Virus record (IMG/VR): IMGVR_UViG_3300020045_009535
Location: 1 to 31,286 of that record
Source of the DNA: a virus
Taxonomy: Duplodnaviria > Caudoviricetes
DNA: 31,286 bases
Strand: one strand, 5' to 3'
Numbering within the stretch: position 1 is the stretch's first letter; each line of letters opens with the position of its first letter. The position numbers and the translations under genes were made by a program. Below, one piece after another: positions 1-8,398 of this stretch. The notes beneath the pieces are model-generated. The model did no database searches. It saw nothing but the letters and a program-made list of their open reading frames with translations, and was not told the DNA's origin.

Positions 1-121
1 ATTCCTTTTTCTTCGTCAAGTGAAATAAAATTAACTTTCGCTTTAAACCACTTTTCAGCATTTTCATTGAAGAAAATTTCATTAACTTTTTGAGGTGTAA
101 TATTTGACACTTCAAATTCAC
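1..121 (+). repeat. 121-bp exact terminal direct repeat (copy 1; copy 2 at 31166-31286), probably assembly circularisation overlap
   Basis: attcctttttcttcg...ttcaaattcac is identical at both ends and lies inside a coding sequence. Confidence 0.95.
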
Positions 122-272
122 AAGAAATGAATGGTTTCATTTCCTCAAATATTCGCGCTTCCGCTTCCGTGAATGATAGCGCGTCAATTAATCGAAGTTC
201 TGACACTTTTTTTATTTTGCCCTCTTCGGCTGTTTTTTCGTACTTGATTTTTACTAAAAAATAACGTTTCAT
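1..272 (-). CDS. DUF4494-like protein, 5' part (continues across the junction to 31009; 142 aa in total)
   Basis: ATG at 272 reads MKRYFLVKIKYEKTAEEGKIKKVSELRLIDALSFTEAEARIFEEMKPFISCEFEVSNI. DALSFTEAEAR is the signature of Bacteroidota DUF4494. Confidence 0.85.
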   Translation of the reverse strand, partial: MKRYFLVKIKYEKTAEEGKIKKVSELRLIDALSFTEAEARIFEEMKPFISCEFEVSNITPQKVNEIFFNENAEKWFKAKVNFISLDEEKG

Positions 273-278
273 AATAAT

Positions 279-446
279 TTAATTTTTAAATTTGTTTAAA
301 TACTGTTTATTGAAGTTCGTTAAAACATCTTCTGGCGTTCTATTAAAATCTATAATTTTGCTTTTGGATTCATTTTCGTAATCAAAAATTGAGTCAACAA
401 GAGCCAAAAGCAATTTTTGAACTTCTTTGTTTTTAATTAATTCCAT
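279..446 (-). CDS. Hypothetical protein (55 aa)
   Basis: The ATG at 446 (MELIKNKEV...) lies just after the stop of the MBL gene, so it is a better start than 500. Confidence 0.65.
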   Translation of the reverse strand: MELIKNKEVQKLLLALVDSIFDYENESKSKIIDFNRTPEDVLTNFNKQYLNKFKN

Positions 447-450
447 AATT

Positions 451-1134
451 TTAAATAATAAAAAGATTTTTAACACTATTTTGTGCACCAACTGCAACAA
501 AAACAGTTGATTTGATTATTTTGCCGCTGATATATTTTTTCGTGTAAGCGTCGTTTGCCATGCGATTGCTTCCATGTATCAAAATGATTTTCGGGTTTTT
601 CGGCTTAACTATTTTCATAAAGTTAACAACATCGTTATCCGAAAAGTGGCGAATACAACCGATACGCTGCTCGGGCGTCGCGAGGTGAAATAAAAAGTCA
701 TTGTAATTGCATTCGATTAGAAAATTTTCAACCTGATACTCAATTAACATATTATAAAGAGCATCGTAATTTTTAGAAAATTCCATATCGGTTCCAAAAA
801 ATAAAAATTTATTTTCGACAAGCGATTTGATGATAAACGCGGTTGAATGACCTTCCCCGTGCTTCAATGCAAATCCGAAAGCCTTAAAATTTTCAGATGT
901 GTTTCGCTCCTGACTTAGAAAAGTCGGCATCATTGCTCGGTACTCATTGATACAATGCGCGTGGTCCATGTGTGAATGCGAAACTATGCACATTTCAGGC
1001 ATTTTTTGTGAAATTTTGTGCTTCATGTACTCGCTTCGCGGCTTACCCGCTTCGATTATTATCGAATTTCCTGGCGCGTCAACAATTTCGTAAAGATTTC
1101 CGGAACTACCTGTCGCTATTACGTTTATTTTCAT
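451..1134 (-). CDS. Metallo-beta-lactamase-fold hydrolase (probable nuclease)
   Basis: N-terminal ATGSSGN, HxHxDH motif (SHSHMDH), TD, IECNY and a late H (LIHGS); lies in a RecT operon. Confidence 0.88.
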   Translation of the reverse strand: MKINVIATGSSGNLYEIVDAPGNSIIIEAGKPRSEYMKHKISQKMPEMCIVSHSHMDHAHCINEYRAMMPTFLSQERNTSENFKAFGFALKHGEGHSTAFIIKSLVENKFLFFGTDMEFSKNYDALYNMLIEYQVENFLIECNYNDFLFHLATPEQRIGCIRHFSDNDVVNFMKIVKPKNPKIILIHGSNRMANDAYTKKYISGKIIKSTVFVAVGAQNSVKNLFII

Positions 1135-1343
1135 TATTTTTTAACCCTTTCCGAAACAATCAACTGCTTTTTTTCAATTAAGTGATTTTTAATCTCAAAT
1201 TCGGACTTTTTCAGCGTGCTGAACTGATAGTATAGACTGTTGATGTTAGTGTCTGTGTGAGTTGCCACGGTAGCGAGTGAGCCAATTGGCTCGGCTTTGT
1301 TGGTTTGTTTATCTGTGACTATGTAAATATTTTGTTTTCTCAT
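1134..1343 (-). CDS. Hypothetical protein, possibly a small HTH-like DNA binder
   Basis: 69-aa ORF whose stop overlaps the MBL start; GSLATVATHTDTNINSLYYQFS is HTH-like. Confidence 0.6.
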   Translation of the reverse strand: MRKQNIYIVTDKQTNKAEPIGSLATVATHTDTNINSLYYQFSTLKKSEFEIKNHLIEKKQLIVSERVKK

Positions 1344-1351
1344 GATTTTAA

Positions 1352-1591
1352 TTATTTTAATTTAGATATTTTATTGATTGATTCTGCTGCATTAATAACG
1401 CAATCTGCTATTTGTAAGGATCTAGCAGATTTTGAAAATTCGTCAAAACAAGGTCTTGCATTTATCATTGCTACTTGACAAGCTGCAATCGCAGTAGTTA
1501 ATGCAATTAAAAAAGCTTTTTTATTCGGCTTTTTATATTTACCTGCAAGTATTAACTTTACTTTCTCAGTGCTTAACTTTGGCTTTTTCAT
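1352..1591 (-). CDS. Hypothetical protein with a hydrophobic segment
   Basis: 79-aa ORF with its own upstream promoter motif at 1611-1618. Confidence 0.7.
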   Translation of the reverse strand: MKKPKLSTEKVKLILAGKYKKPNKKAFLIALTTAIAACQVAMINARPCFDEFSKSARSLQIADCVINAAESINKISKLK

Positions 1592-1610
1592 TTACTTTGG
1601 AATCGATTTA

Positions 1611-1645
1611 CAAATATAGTGTTTTATTTTGAAATACCAGACAAA
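1611..1645 (-). promoter_or_regulatory. Early promoter (Bacteroidota -7 box TATATTTG) with adjacent TTATTTTG half-site
   Basis: caaatatagtgttttattttg is identical to 3236-3256 and similar to 7400-7420. Its reverse complement contains the TAnnTTTG consensus. Confidence 0.75.
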
Positions 1646-1688
1646 TAAGGAGTTTTTTTTTTTTGCTCCTTATTTGTTTTTTTTTTTT
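1641..1688. terminator. Hairpin ACAAATAAGGAG / CTCCTTATTTGT with poly-T loop and T-tract
   Basis: 12-bp perfect stem directly after the recT stop. The long T-tract is on the + strand, so its direction is ambiguous. Confidence 0.55.
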
Positions 1689-1689
1689 A

Positions 1690-2643
1690 TTAGAAAAATT
1701 TTGGAGTTGTTTGTGGTGCTGCTTGCTGGATTGCTCCCACTTTTTCGGGTTGAATTTCTTCAAATGCTTTCATGGTCTCAGTTGCCGCGCTAACTACATT
1801 TTCAGCTATTTCGATAGCTTTTTTTTGTCTTTCTGAAAGCTCTTTTTTCGCCTCTTCCAACACGTTCGTTTTTTTATCGGTCACATCCTCCGATGGTGTG
1901 ATTTCATAAATTTCATCCCATGCAAGTACGCTTGAAAGCTCTTTCTTAACGATTGGAATACATTTCAGTAAATTACGAACTACAATTTTTTCATAATGAA
2001 TTGACTTTGATGTGTTTTTGTAATTATCAGGTTTAAATCCAACTTTATTCATTTTAGCGCGGTCGACAATTTCAGCGCATGACATAAAAATGTCGTAAAC
2101 CTGCCCACTTGTTGCAGCAAATCGCGAATAATACCCTATAGTTGGTTTTGTTACGTCGTTTTTTCCTTCAAATTCGCAATTACCAGTTGTCAAATTGTGG
2201 CAAACTTGAACACCTTCGTGAACTTCAGCAGTGAAAAATTGTAAACAGTTATCCATTTTCAAAATCATTTGCTTTTGAAAGTTAATATCTACCACAATTG
2301 TGAGGTCATTTTCTCCGGTTGCTTTTTTGGTCACAACATCACCATCTGTTGTAGTAGTTTTTGCGGCGAACGGCAAAACGCTAATTTCTTTTTTCGCGAA
2401 ACTTGCTCCAATTTCGGCAGCAACGAAAACGGCGTTGAATAATGAGAGTGGACGGGCTTTTTTGATGGCTTCCAGTCCATCAACCGTTTGCGAATAAATC
2501 ATATCCGATGCCACTTTTTCAAATGCTAATTTGAACTCTGGGCTATTCGATTTTCGCGACTCTAAATAAATATCTACCTGTGATAAAAAGTCGTTTTGAA
2601 AATCGCTTTGCAATTGAATTGCAGTTGTTTGTTCTTTTGACAT
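1690..2643 (-). CDS. recT: RecT-family single-strand annealing protein
   Basis: SLFNAVFVAAEIGASF..ISVLPF, IGYYSRF, FMSCAEI and EKIVVRNLLK follow the RecT motif order; lies between the ATPase and MBL genes. Confidence 0.8.
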   Translation of the reverse strand: MSKEQTTAIQLQSDFQNDFLSQVDIYLESRKSNSPEFKLAFEKVASDMIYSQTVDGLEAIKKARPLSLFNAVFVAAEIGASFAKKEISVLPFAAKTTTTDGDVVTKKATGENDLTIVVDINFQKQMILKMDNCLQFFTAEVHEGVQVCHNLTTGNCEFEGKNDVTKPTIGYYSRFAATSGQVYDIFMSCAEIVDRAKMNKVGFKPDNYKNTSKSIHYEKIVVRNLLKCIPIVKKELSSVLAWDEIYEITPSEDVTDKKTNVLEEAKKELSERQKKAIEIAENVVSAATETMKAFEEIQPEKVGAIQQAAPQTTPKFF

Positions 2644-2652
2644 ATTTTTTTT

Positions 2653-3207
2653 TTATTTGTTATTAAATTCTTTTAGTCGTTGTTTTAAAAATTTAGCGGC
2701 ATTAGTTGAAATTTCCTCTGTTTCAAAATAATTGAAATTTAGATAATTTAAAGCATCCGATTTATCGTTAAATTCTTGTAATTTCATCGGGTTAAAATAG
2801 CTGTCTAATTTGAAATAATAATCACCTACTTTTGCTCGCCACCTACTTTTGCTCGCCGTATTCGTTTCAAAATCATAAACGTATCCTAGTTTTTCAAATT
2901 CGGATTGGAATTGTTCGGGTGTAATTTTTTCGATTGAATCGTAAGCAAAAAAATTAGAATCTTCAAATAAAACAACGTTAAAATCATTTTTAGCTTTTAT
3001 CCATGCGTTTTTTGCAAATATTCTACCATTTTCCGTTTCGTTAATAAAACAAAATGTAGGAACACTTATGTCATTGTATTGCATTTTCACACAATCTCCT
3101 TTTTTAGGAATATATTTTTCAGGTTCAAAAGTAGTGATTAGCTGGTTTCCGACTTGTTCGACGGTTACTGTGCTGCAACCATCAGGAATGTTAAATGTTT
3201 GTTTCAT
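2653..3207 (-). CDS. Hypothetical phage protein
   Basis: 184-aa ORF with an RWRAKVGDYYF...NYFETEE C-terminal motif that recurs in phage hypotheticals; own promoter upstream. Confidence 0.8.
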   Translation of the reverse strand: MKQTFNIPDGCSTVTVEQVGNQLITTFEPEKYIPKKGDCVKMQYNDISVPTFCFINETENGRIFAKNAWIKAKNDFNVVLFEDSNFFAYDSIEKITPEQFQSEFEKLGYVYDFETNTASKSRWRAKVGDYYFKLDSYFNPMKLQEFNDKSDALNYLNFNYFETEEISTNAAKFLKQRLKEFNNK

Positions 3208-3235
3208 AATTTTTATGTATAAATTGTTTGTTTTG

Positions 3236-3256
3236 CAAATATAGTGTTTTATTTTG
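3236..3256 (-). promoter_or_regulatory. Early promoter copy 2
   Basis: 21-bp exact repeat of 1611-1631, containing TATATTTG on the minus strand. Confidence 0.75.
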
Positions 3257-3278
3257 TAAAAATACTATATTTTTGGGT

Positions 3279-5240
3279 TTATTTTATTATTAATTCTTTA
3301 TCAGTTGTCGCAAAAGCCAAAACGCAATTCATTCCGCAAGTATTTATTGGATCGGTTGTGTTAGACTCGCAATTGTCCATCAATGTAATGCCTTTGTAAC
3401 CTTTCAGGCGTTGAAAAGTGCTCAAAACTTGCAATTTCAAATTATTTTGCAAAGCTCCGTTGCATTCATACGGGAAAACTTTCCCGTTAGCAGTGATTTT
3501 GAAACAATCTTTATACTCTCCGGTTGTAATTACAAGCTCCAATAACTGTACATCAATTTCAATGGCTCCCGAAAATTCAGATTTTACGACACCGTTCAAA
3601 TTACTGAAATAGTTTGATATTTTAGTGGTTAAAAATGCAATTTGTTCGCCAATTGTGAATAAATCTCCTTGCAACGCTTTGATTTCCTTTTCGTACTGAT
3701 CGCGAAGTTTGACGTTATTTTCGTTAACTCCGATTGCCTTGTTAACATCTACTTTGGCGAGTTTAAAAGTGGCGTGCGCTTCCTTTATTTCGTCTGAAAT
3801 TTCCAACGCTTCTGGAAGTTTTTGTATTTCAGGTTCGGCCAGTTCGGCCAGTTCGCTTTTTTTTGCCTCAACTTGCTTTTCAAACTCAATTTTCCGCGCT
3901 TCCAACTCATTTAAATCACATTTAAGTGTATCAATTTCAGTATTTTTCGTCGATTCAAAAGCATTTTTCAAGAACTCGTTATCTTTAACGGTTTTTAAAT
4001 TTGCTTCTTGCAAGTCGTTATACTCTTTTTCGGCTTTTTCAAGTTCTGATTTAGCAGCCAAATATTTCGTGTTGCATTCGTTCATTTCCTTTGTGAGAAT
4101 TGAGCGATTTTCAGACTTTAACGCTTCGATTTTTGTGTTAATTTCAGCATCAAACTTTATCATTTGCGATTTTTCAGCATGTAATTTTGATGTTTCGCAA
4201 AAAACACCAGACAACGGACAATTACTTGAATTATTATCATCAATAAAAACAAATGAAGTTTCCATTAATGATTTTATTTTTTTTGAATTTTCAACAAGCA
4301 CCGGATTAGCTGCAAAACGTTTTGCTGCGTATGATTCAATTGTTTCAAAATATTCAAGTTTTTTGAACTCATTTTCTTTTTTAGCAATGTTGTTGTTTTC
4401 TTCGTCAATATTAACTATTTCTTTAGGTATAAATTGCGAATTTTCAACGGTCGAAAGCTCTGTTTGAAGTTCAGAGATTTGATTATCTATTTTTGAAATC
4501 GATAACTCAATTTTTTGCAGCTCCTCGTTTAGCTGTTTTTTCGCGTCTAGATACTTTTGTGACGCTTCGTTATTTGCTTTGTTAATTTCAGCTACTTGTT
4601 TTGAATTGTCAACCTCTGAAAGTTTTAAAAATTCATCATTAAGTCGTGAAATTTCGGGGTCAATCGTTAATACCTCAACATCTTTAACGCCTTTTAGCTG
4701 TTCCGATTTACTTTTAACGCCGTCAATTGCATTTTTTTGAGCTTTCTTTAGTTCTTTCAATTTAAGTGATGAACTTTTAACGTCATAATCTGGCATTTTT
4801 GATTTTAACAAGTCAATAAACATAGCGCGTTGAGCGTCTTCTTTTTGATTAAAAAAATAATCAGTACCCAATTTTAGAAAATCGTTAAATTCGTCTGCAA
4901 AATCGTTACACTCGATTGTGTTTTTAAAACATTGAGTTGAGCGTTTAATTTTTAACTCTTCAATGCCCGCCCGAGAAACCGAATAGGTCGGAGTTACAAC
5001 CCGTTGAAATAAATTTCCGTAATTGTCAAAAAAAGTAACGTCCGCAATGGCTTGGTGCAAGTCTACGCGGTTGTCATATACTTGCTTAAATTCATTTCCT
5101 TGTAAATCTTTGCCTGTTAAGCAAAAACTAAACGCTTCTAAAATGGTAGTTTTGCCGATTCCGTTACCGCCTTTAATTTCGGCTGGTACTTCGATTGTTT
5201 TATTCTCAATCGTTTTATATTTGTTAATTTGTAATTTCAT
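3279..5240 (-). CDS. Rad50/SbcC/SMC-like coiled-coil ATPase
   Basis: N-terminal Walker A GGNGIGKTT, long coiled coils, central CPLSGVFC (zinc-hook-like) and C-terminal Walker B ITLMDNCES. Confidence 0.88.
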   Translation of the reverse strand: MKLQINKYKTIENKTIEVPAEIKGGNGIGKTTILEAFSFCLTGKDLQGNEFKQVYDNRVDLHQAIADVTFFDNYGNLFQRVVTPTYSVSRAGIEELKIKRSTQCFKNTIECNDFADEFNDFLKLGTDYFFNQKEDAQRAMFIDLLKSKMPDYDVKSSSLKLKELKKAQKNAIDGVKSKSEQLKGVKDVEVLTIDPEISRLNDEFLKLSEVDNSKQVAEINKANNEASQKYLDAKKQLNEELQKIELSISKIDNQISELQTELSTVENSQFIPKEIVNIDEENNNIAKKENEFKKLEYFETIESYAAKRFAANPVLVENSKKIKSLMETSFVFIDDNNSSNCPLSGVFCETSKLHAEKSQMIKFDAEINTKIEALKSENRSILTKEMNECNTKYLAAKSELEKAEKEYNDLQEANLKTVKDNEFLKNAFESTKNTEIDTLKCDLNELEARKIEFEKQVEAKKSELAELAEPEIQKLPEALEISDEIKEAHATFKLAKVDVNKAIGVNENNVKLRDQYEKEIKALQGDLFTIGEQIAFLTTKISNYFSNLNGVVKSEFSGAIEIDVQLLELVITTGEYKDCFKITANGKVFPYECNGALQNNLKLQVLSTFQRLKGYKGITLMDNCESNTTDPINTCGMNCVLAFATTDKELIIK

Positions 5241-5245
5241 GGCTT

Positions 5246-5560
5246 TTATAGTTTTTGAGTTATTTGTAATTTTATGTTTGTTATCAAAATAAAGTGCGGA
5301 ACTTTCTCTCTATAAGTGTTCTGGTCGTATTGCCGATGATATGTGAATGTTTGTTTTTCTGTTAATTTATTAGCAAGTTCAATGTCAATTAAACTACAAC
5401 CGTCTATTATAATCCATTCGGGGGCATCCTCCCAATTGATGAATCGTTTTGTAAATGAGGCCATATTCGGCAGCTCTTTAAAATTCTTGCCTTTCACAAT
5501 TTCTTTTGAAAGAGTAGTCTTTCCACTCATTTGCTGCTGATCGTTAATTATAATTACCAT
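5246..5560 (-). CDS. Small P-loop NTPase-like protein
   Basis: MSGKTT, WIIIDG and FILITN motifs within 104 aa. Confidence 0.65.
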   Translation of the reverse strand: MVIIINDQQQMSGKTTLSKEIVKGKNFKELPNMASFTKRFINWEDAPEWIIIDGCSLIDIELANKLTEKQTFTYHRQYDQNTYREKVPHFILITNIKLQITQKL

Positions 5561-5565
5561 GGCTT

Positions 5566-6105
5566 TTATTTTAGTGAATTGATGATTTGGGATTTTACTT
5601 TATTTATAGAATAGTAGCAATATCTTTCATGTTTTTGCAAAAATACGTCAGTACTGGCTTTTACTTTTTCTGTCCAATAATGTTTTGGATGGTTGCACGC
5701 GCAGATAATTATGTTATCAGAATATCCGCAAATAATAGCTGGCACATCATCATGATATTTAATTGAAAAACCTAAATATTTAGTTGCCAATTGTTTTGCA
5801 CTCATCTTTTTAATTCGCGCAATTTTAGATTTTAAAGCTTGTCTTTGTAGCTCAGTGTCCCATTTTTCGGCTTTGGGTTTGAGCGACAAAACTTCTAATT
5901 CAAGTTTAGAAATAATTTCGGCCATCTGATTTTTAGATGCAATAGTTTCTTTTAAACTTTTATCTGAATTTTCAAGATAAAAAGTTAAAGCTTCGTTTTT
6001 TTTCGACAATTCAAAAGACAATATCCTCCGGTCGTCAAAATTGCATTCTAACACCTCAATGCGATTATGCATTGCTTCGTAAGTAGATTTTTTTAATAGT
6101 TTCAT
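5566..6105 (-). CDS. Hypothetical protein (N-terminal coiled coil)
   Basis: 179-aa ORF tightly packed in the operon. Confidence 0.8.
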   Translation of the reverse strand: MKLLKKSTYEAMHNRIEVLECNFDDRRILSFELSKKNEALTFYLENSDKSLKETIASKNQMAEIISKLELEVLSLKPKAEKWDTELQRQALKSKIARIKKMSAKQLATKYLGFSIKYHDDVPAIICGYSDNIIICACNHPKHYWTEKVKASTDVFLQKHERYCYYSINKVKSQIINSLK

Positions 6106-6116
6106 AAAATTAGTTT

Positions 6117-6347
6117 TTAAATTGTAAATAAAATGATGAATAATATCGCGAAAATTGCAATTATTGACAATGCAATTTTGTTTTCGGTGCTGAATGTTTT
6201 TACAGTGTTATTTATACCATTTGAGGTGAATACAAATTCTGATTTACTGAGCCGTTCAATGTGTTCTTTAGTAGCTTTTCTAATTTTAACATCGCTAGGC
6301 GTTGAAGTTAAAATTTCTCTGTACTGTTGCATCTGCTGAGGTGTCAT
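6117..6347 (-). CDS. Hypothetical protein with a C-terminal transmembrane helix
   Basis: Ends IALSIIAIFAILFIILFTI. Confidence 0.7.
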   Translation of the reverse strand: MTPQQMQQYREILTSTPSDVKIRKATKEHIERLSKSEFVFTSNGINNTVKTFSTENKIALSIIAIFAILFIILFTI

Positions 6348-6351
6348 AAAT

Positions 6352-6642
6352 TTATTTTTTAATTAAATTTGATTGAAAAATCCATCTGCTTTCTCCGTTC
6401 TTGAACGGTTTCAAATCTCTCCTTAATGATTTACAATAATAGCTGCATTCTGGGAGTTGGTAGCCGTATGCGTGACTCCATGAAATTTTTTCAACAAGTC
6501 CAAATCCGATATAATCCTCAATCACATCTCCAACACTTATAGTATTATTTGACAATGTAAATTCAGATTTTAGAGCTTTAATTTTTAACTCTTTTTCTTT
6601 ATCAATTGCAATTAAAGCAATTCTATATTCTTGCTCAGTCAT
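6352..6642 (-). CDS. Hypothetical protein
   Basis: 96-aa ORF in the operon. Confidence 0.75.
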   Translation of the reverse strand: MTEQEYRIALIAIDKEKELKIKALKSEFTLSNNTISVGDVIEDYIGFGLVEKISWSHAYGYQLPECSYYCKSLRRDLKPFKNGESRWIFQSNLIKK

Positions 6643-6730
6643 AAATCTTTGTTGTTCTTTAAATTGTTAATTATAACTAGGATTAAAAAAAAAGTAAACG
6701 GATAAAAAAGCAAGTAGTATTAGCATAACT

Positions 6731-6829
6731 TTAAATGTTAATAATTAGTATTCTGATTAAGTGATAACCGAAGTAGATAATGCACGCGATTAGAATTGCC
6801 TTTTCAAATTTGGTTGTGTCTTTTAACAT
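6731..6829 (-). CDS. Small membrane peptide (32 aa; not in the ORF track)
   Basis: MLKDTTKFEKAILIACIIYFGYHLIRILIINI; fills the gap between neighbouring genes. Confidence 0.55.
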   Translation of the reverse strand: MLKDTTKFEKAILIACIIYFGYHLIRILIINI

Positions 6830-6838
6830 GTTGATAGA

Positions 6839-7027
6839 TTAAAGTAATGTTACATTAACTGCTAATCCTGTACGTTCTGGAGTCTTACAAGTTGAACCGT
6901 TTTCCCCTTTAAATTCACAAAATCCTTTGTATATCCTGTTAAAAATATAATTCCCTTTTTCAGGATTATTTGTCATAAAAAATTTAGTTCCGGTTGCAAG
7001 GTCTGATAATTTTGCTGTTGTTTTCAT
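6839..7027 (-). CDS. Hypothetical protein
   Basis: 62-aa ORF with an A-rich leader. Confidence 0.7.
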   Translation of the reverse strand: MKTTAKLSDLATGTKFFMTNNPEKGNYIFNRIYKGFCEFKGENGSTCKTPERTGLAVNVTLL

Positions 7028-7095
7028 AATATTAACTTTTTAGTTTGTTTTAGTTATTTTTTTTGCCCGTCAACTCGATAGCACATGTATTTTAT

Positions 7096-7374
7096 TTAAA
7101 TTGAAAAAGCATTTAAAAAAATTGCTGGTGAAGTATGGTATAATCCAAGTTTTTCATTCCAAAAAGACAGATTTGATTTAATATAGTCTTGTAGTTCTGT
7201 TAATTCTATTTGGTAATTATGATACATATTTCTATATTCTTTTGCTTCCCATGCTTGCATTTCTGACAGATGATTTAATACATTTTCTTTTAAATATTTT
7301 ATTTGATTAAAAGTTGAAATTATTTGTCCAATAACTCCGTCGTGATCTGCTGGTTTTAATTGTTCAATTGTCAT
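7096..7374 (-). CDS. Hypothetical protein, first gene after an early promoter
   Basis: 92-aa ORF downstream of TATATTTG at 7400-7407. Confidence 0.75.
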   Translation of the reverse strand: MTIEQLKPADHDGVIGQIISTFNQIKYLKENVLNHLSEMQAWEAKEYRNMYHNYQIELTELQDYIKSNLSFWNEKLGLYHTSPAIFLNAFSI

Positions 7375-7399
7375 AATACTTTTCGTTTTAAATGATATG

Positions 7400-7461
7400 C
7401 AAATATACAGCTTTATTTTGTAATACCAAACAATTTTACAAAATAAGTGCTTTATTTTGTA
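7400..7461 (-). promoter_or_regulatory. Early promoter copy 3 plus palindromic operator TACAAAATAA-N5-TTATTTTGTA (7437-7461)
   Basis: caaatatacagctttattttgtaataccaaacaa aligns with 1611-1644. The same palindrome occurs at 25915 and 30239. Confidence 0.75.
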
Positions 7462-7471
7462 TTAATTTTAG

Positions 7472-8398
7472 TTAAAAAAGCAAGTTTTTGACGAAAATGT
7501 ATGTTTGCCGCGCAATTTCCTCCCCGCATTCCAATAAATAATCGGCTAAGTCTGCACCATCCTTGCGATATTTATTAAATTGCACAGTGTTCACTACCTC
7601 ACACCTACCAATTGACTTGACTTTTTCGTGCCAAAAAATAACTGAATCGGTGTCAGGAAATAAAATAATTCGGCTTCCAGTCGGTAATTCTGAAATCGCA
7701 ACGGCTTGTAATTGCGTTCGCCCTCCAGTAGCCAACCAAACAGCCTGAGGAAAAAGTCCGGCACAAATTAACGCTGTCTTTTCGCTCTCGACAATGCAAA
7801 TTATATTTTTTTCGTGGGCTAAGTGCAACCCGAAAAAACACTGTTTAATTTGTTGTTTGCTTTCATCGAAATCTTTGACAAGTTTGTGAATCCAACGCAC
7901 AGGTACTGTGTCTGATTTATCGCGGTGCCCATTTGGCATATAGTTGATTATTTTACCAGTTCTGTAGGTTATCCCGTCGAATTGAAAAAACACAGTAGAA
8001 CCTGCCCTATTAGCTCCCACCTTATATAGTTTGAAAACTTCGGAATAATCAATGCCAGTTCTATTAAAAAAATCTAAAAGCGTTGAGTTCGCGAAGTTAT
8101 CGCTTAATTTTTCACACATCTCTTTGTTAAGAAGATATGTTTCTTTTGGAATCGGTTTTGTAAAAGTGGTTTCGTTGAAAAATTTCTCTCCGCGATCCTT
8201 AAAATAGTCCGACGGCTTCAAATGGTAACCGCAATTGCTTTCTCGTTGGCAGCGTCCTAGTATTTCATTCTCAATCCTTCCATCCTCATACGCGTAAGGC
8301 TTGAGCCTTTTTTTACCGCAATTTGGGCAAGTCAAATAGTTCGATCCTTTAAAATTCGATAGACTGAGTTTTCGGTGTGTGTCGTAAATTTGTATCAT
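7472..8398 (-). CDS. Primase-like protein (Zn-binding plus Toprim; DUF6371-like)
   Basis: CPNCGKK...GRCQRESNCGYH zinc motif, Toprim IVESEKTA and LFPDTD, and a terminal DLADY. Confidence 0.85.
   Translation of the reverse strand: MIQIYDTHRKLSLSNFKGSNYLTCPNCGKKRLKPYAYEDGRIENEILGRCQRESNCGYHLKPSDYFKDRGEKFFNETTFTKPIPKETYLLNKEMCEKLSDNFANSTLLDFFNRTGIDYSEVFKLYKVGANRAGSTVFFQFDGITYRTGKIINYMPNGHRDKSDTVPVRWIHKLVKDFDESKQQIKQCFFGLHLAHEKNIICIVESEKTALICAGLFPQAVWLATGGRTQLQAVAISELPTGSRIILFPDTDSVIFWHEKVKSIGRCEVVNTVQFNKYRKDGADLADYLLECGEEIARQTYIFVKNLLF

Noticed and set aside
3709-4467. 252-aa plus-strand ORF and other antisense ORFs (e.g. 13795-14226, 20844-21146, 23778-24410, 30329-30691)
   Set aside because: They lie opposite well-supported genes and have the Ser/Phe/Leu-rich composition expected of shadows of Lys/Glu-rich genes.
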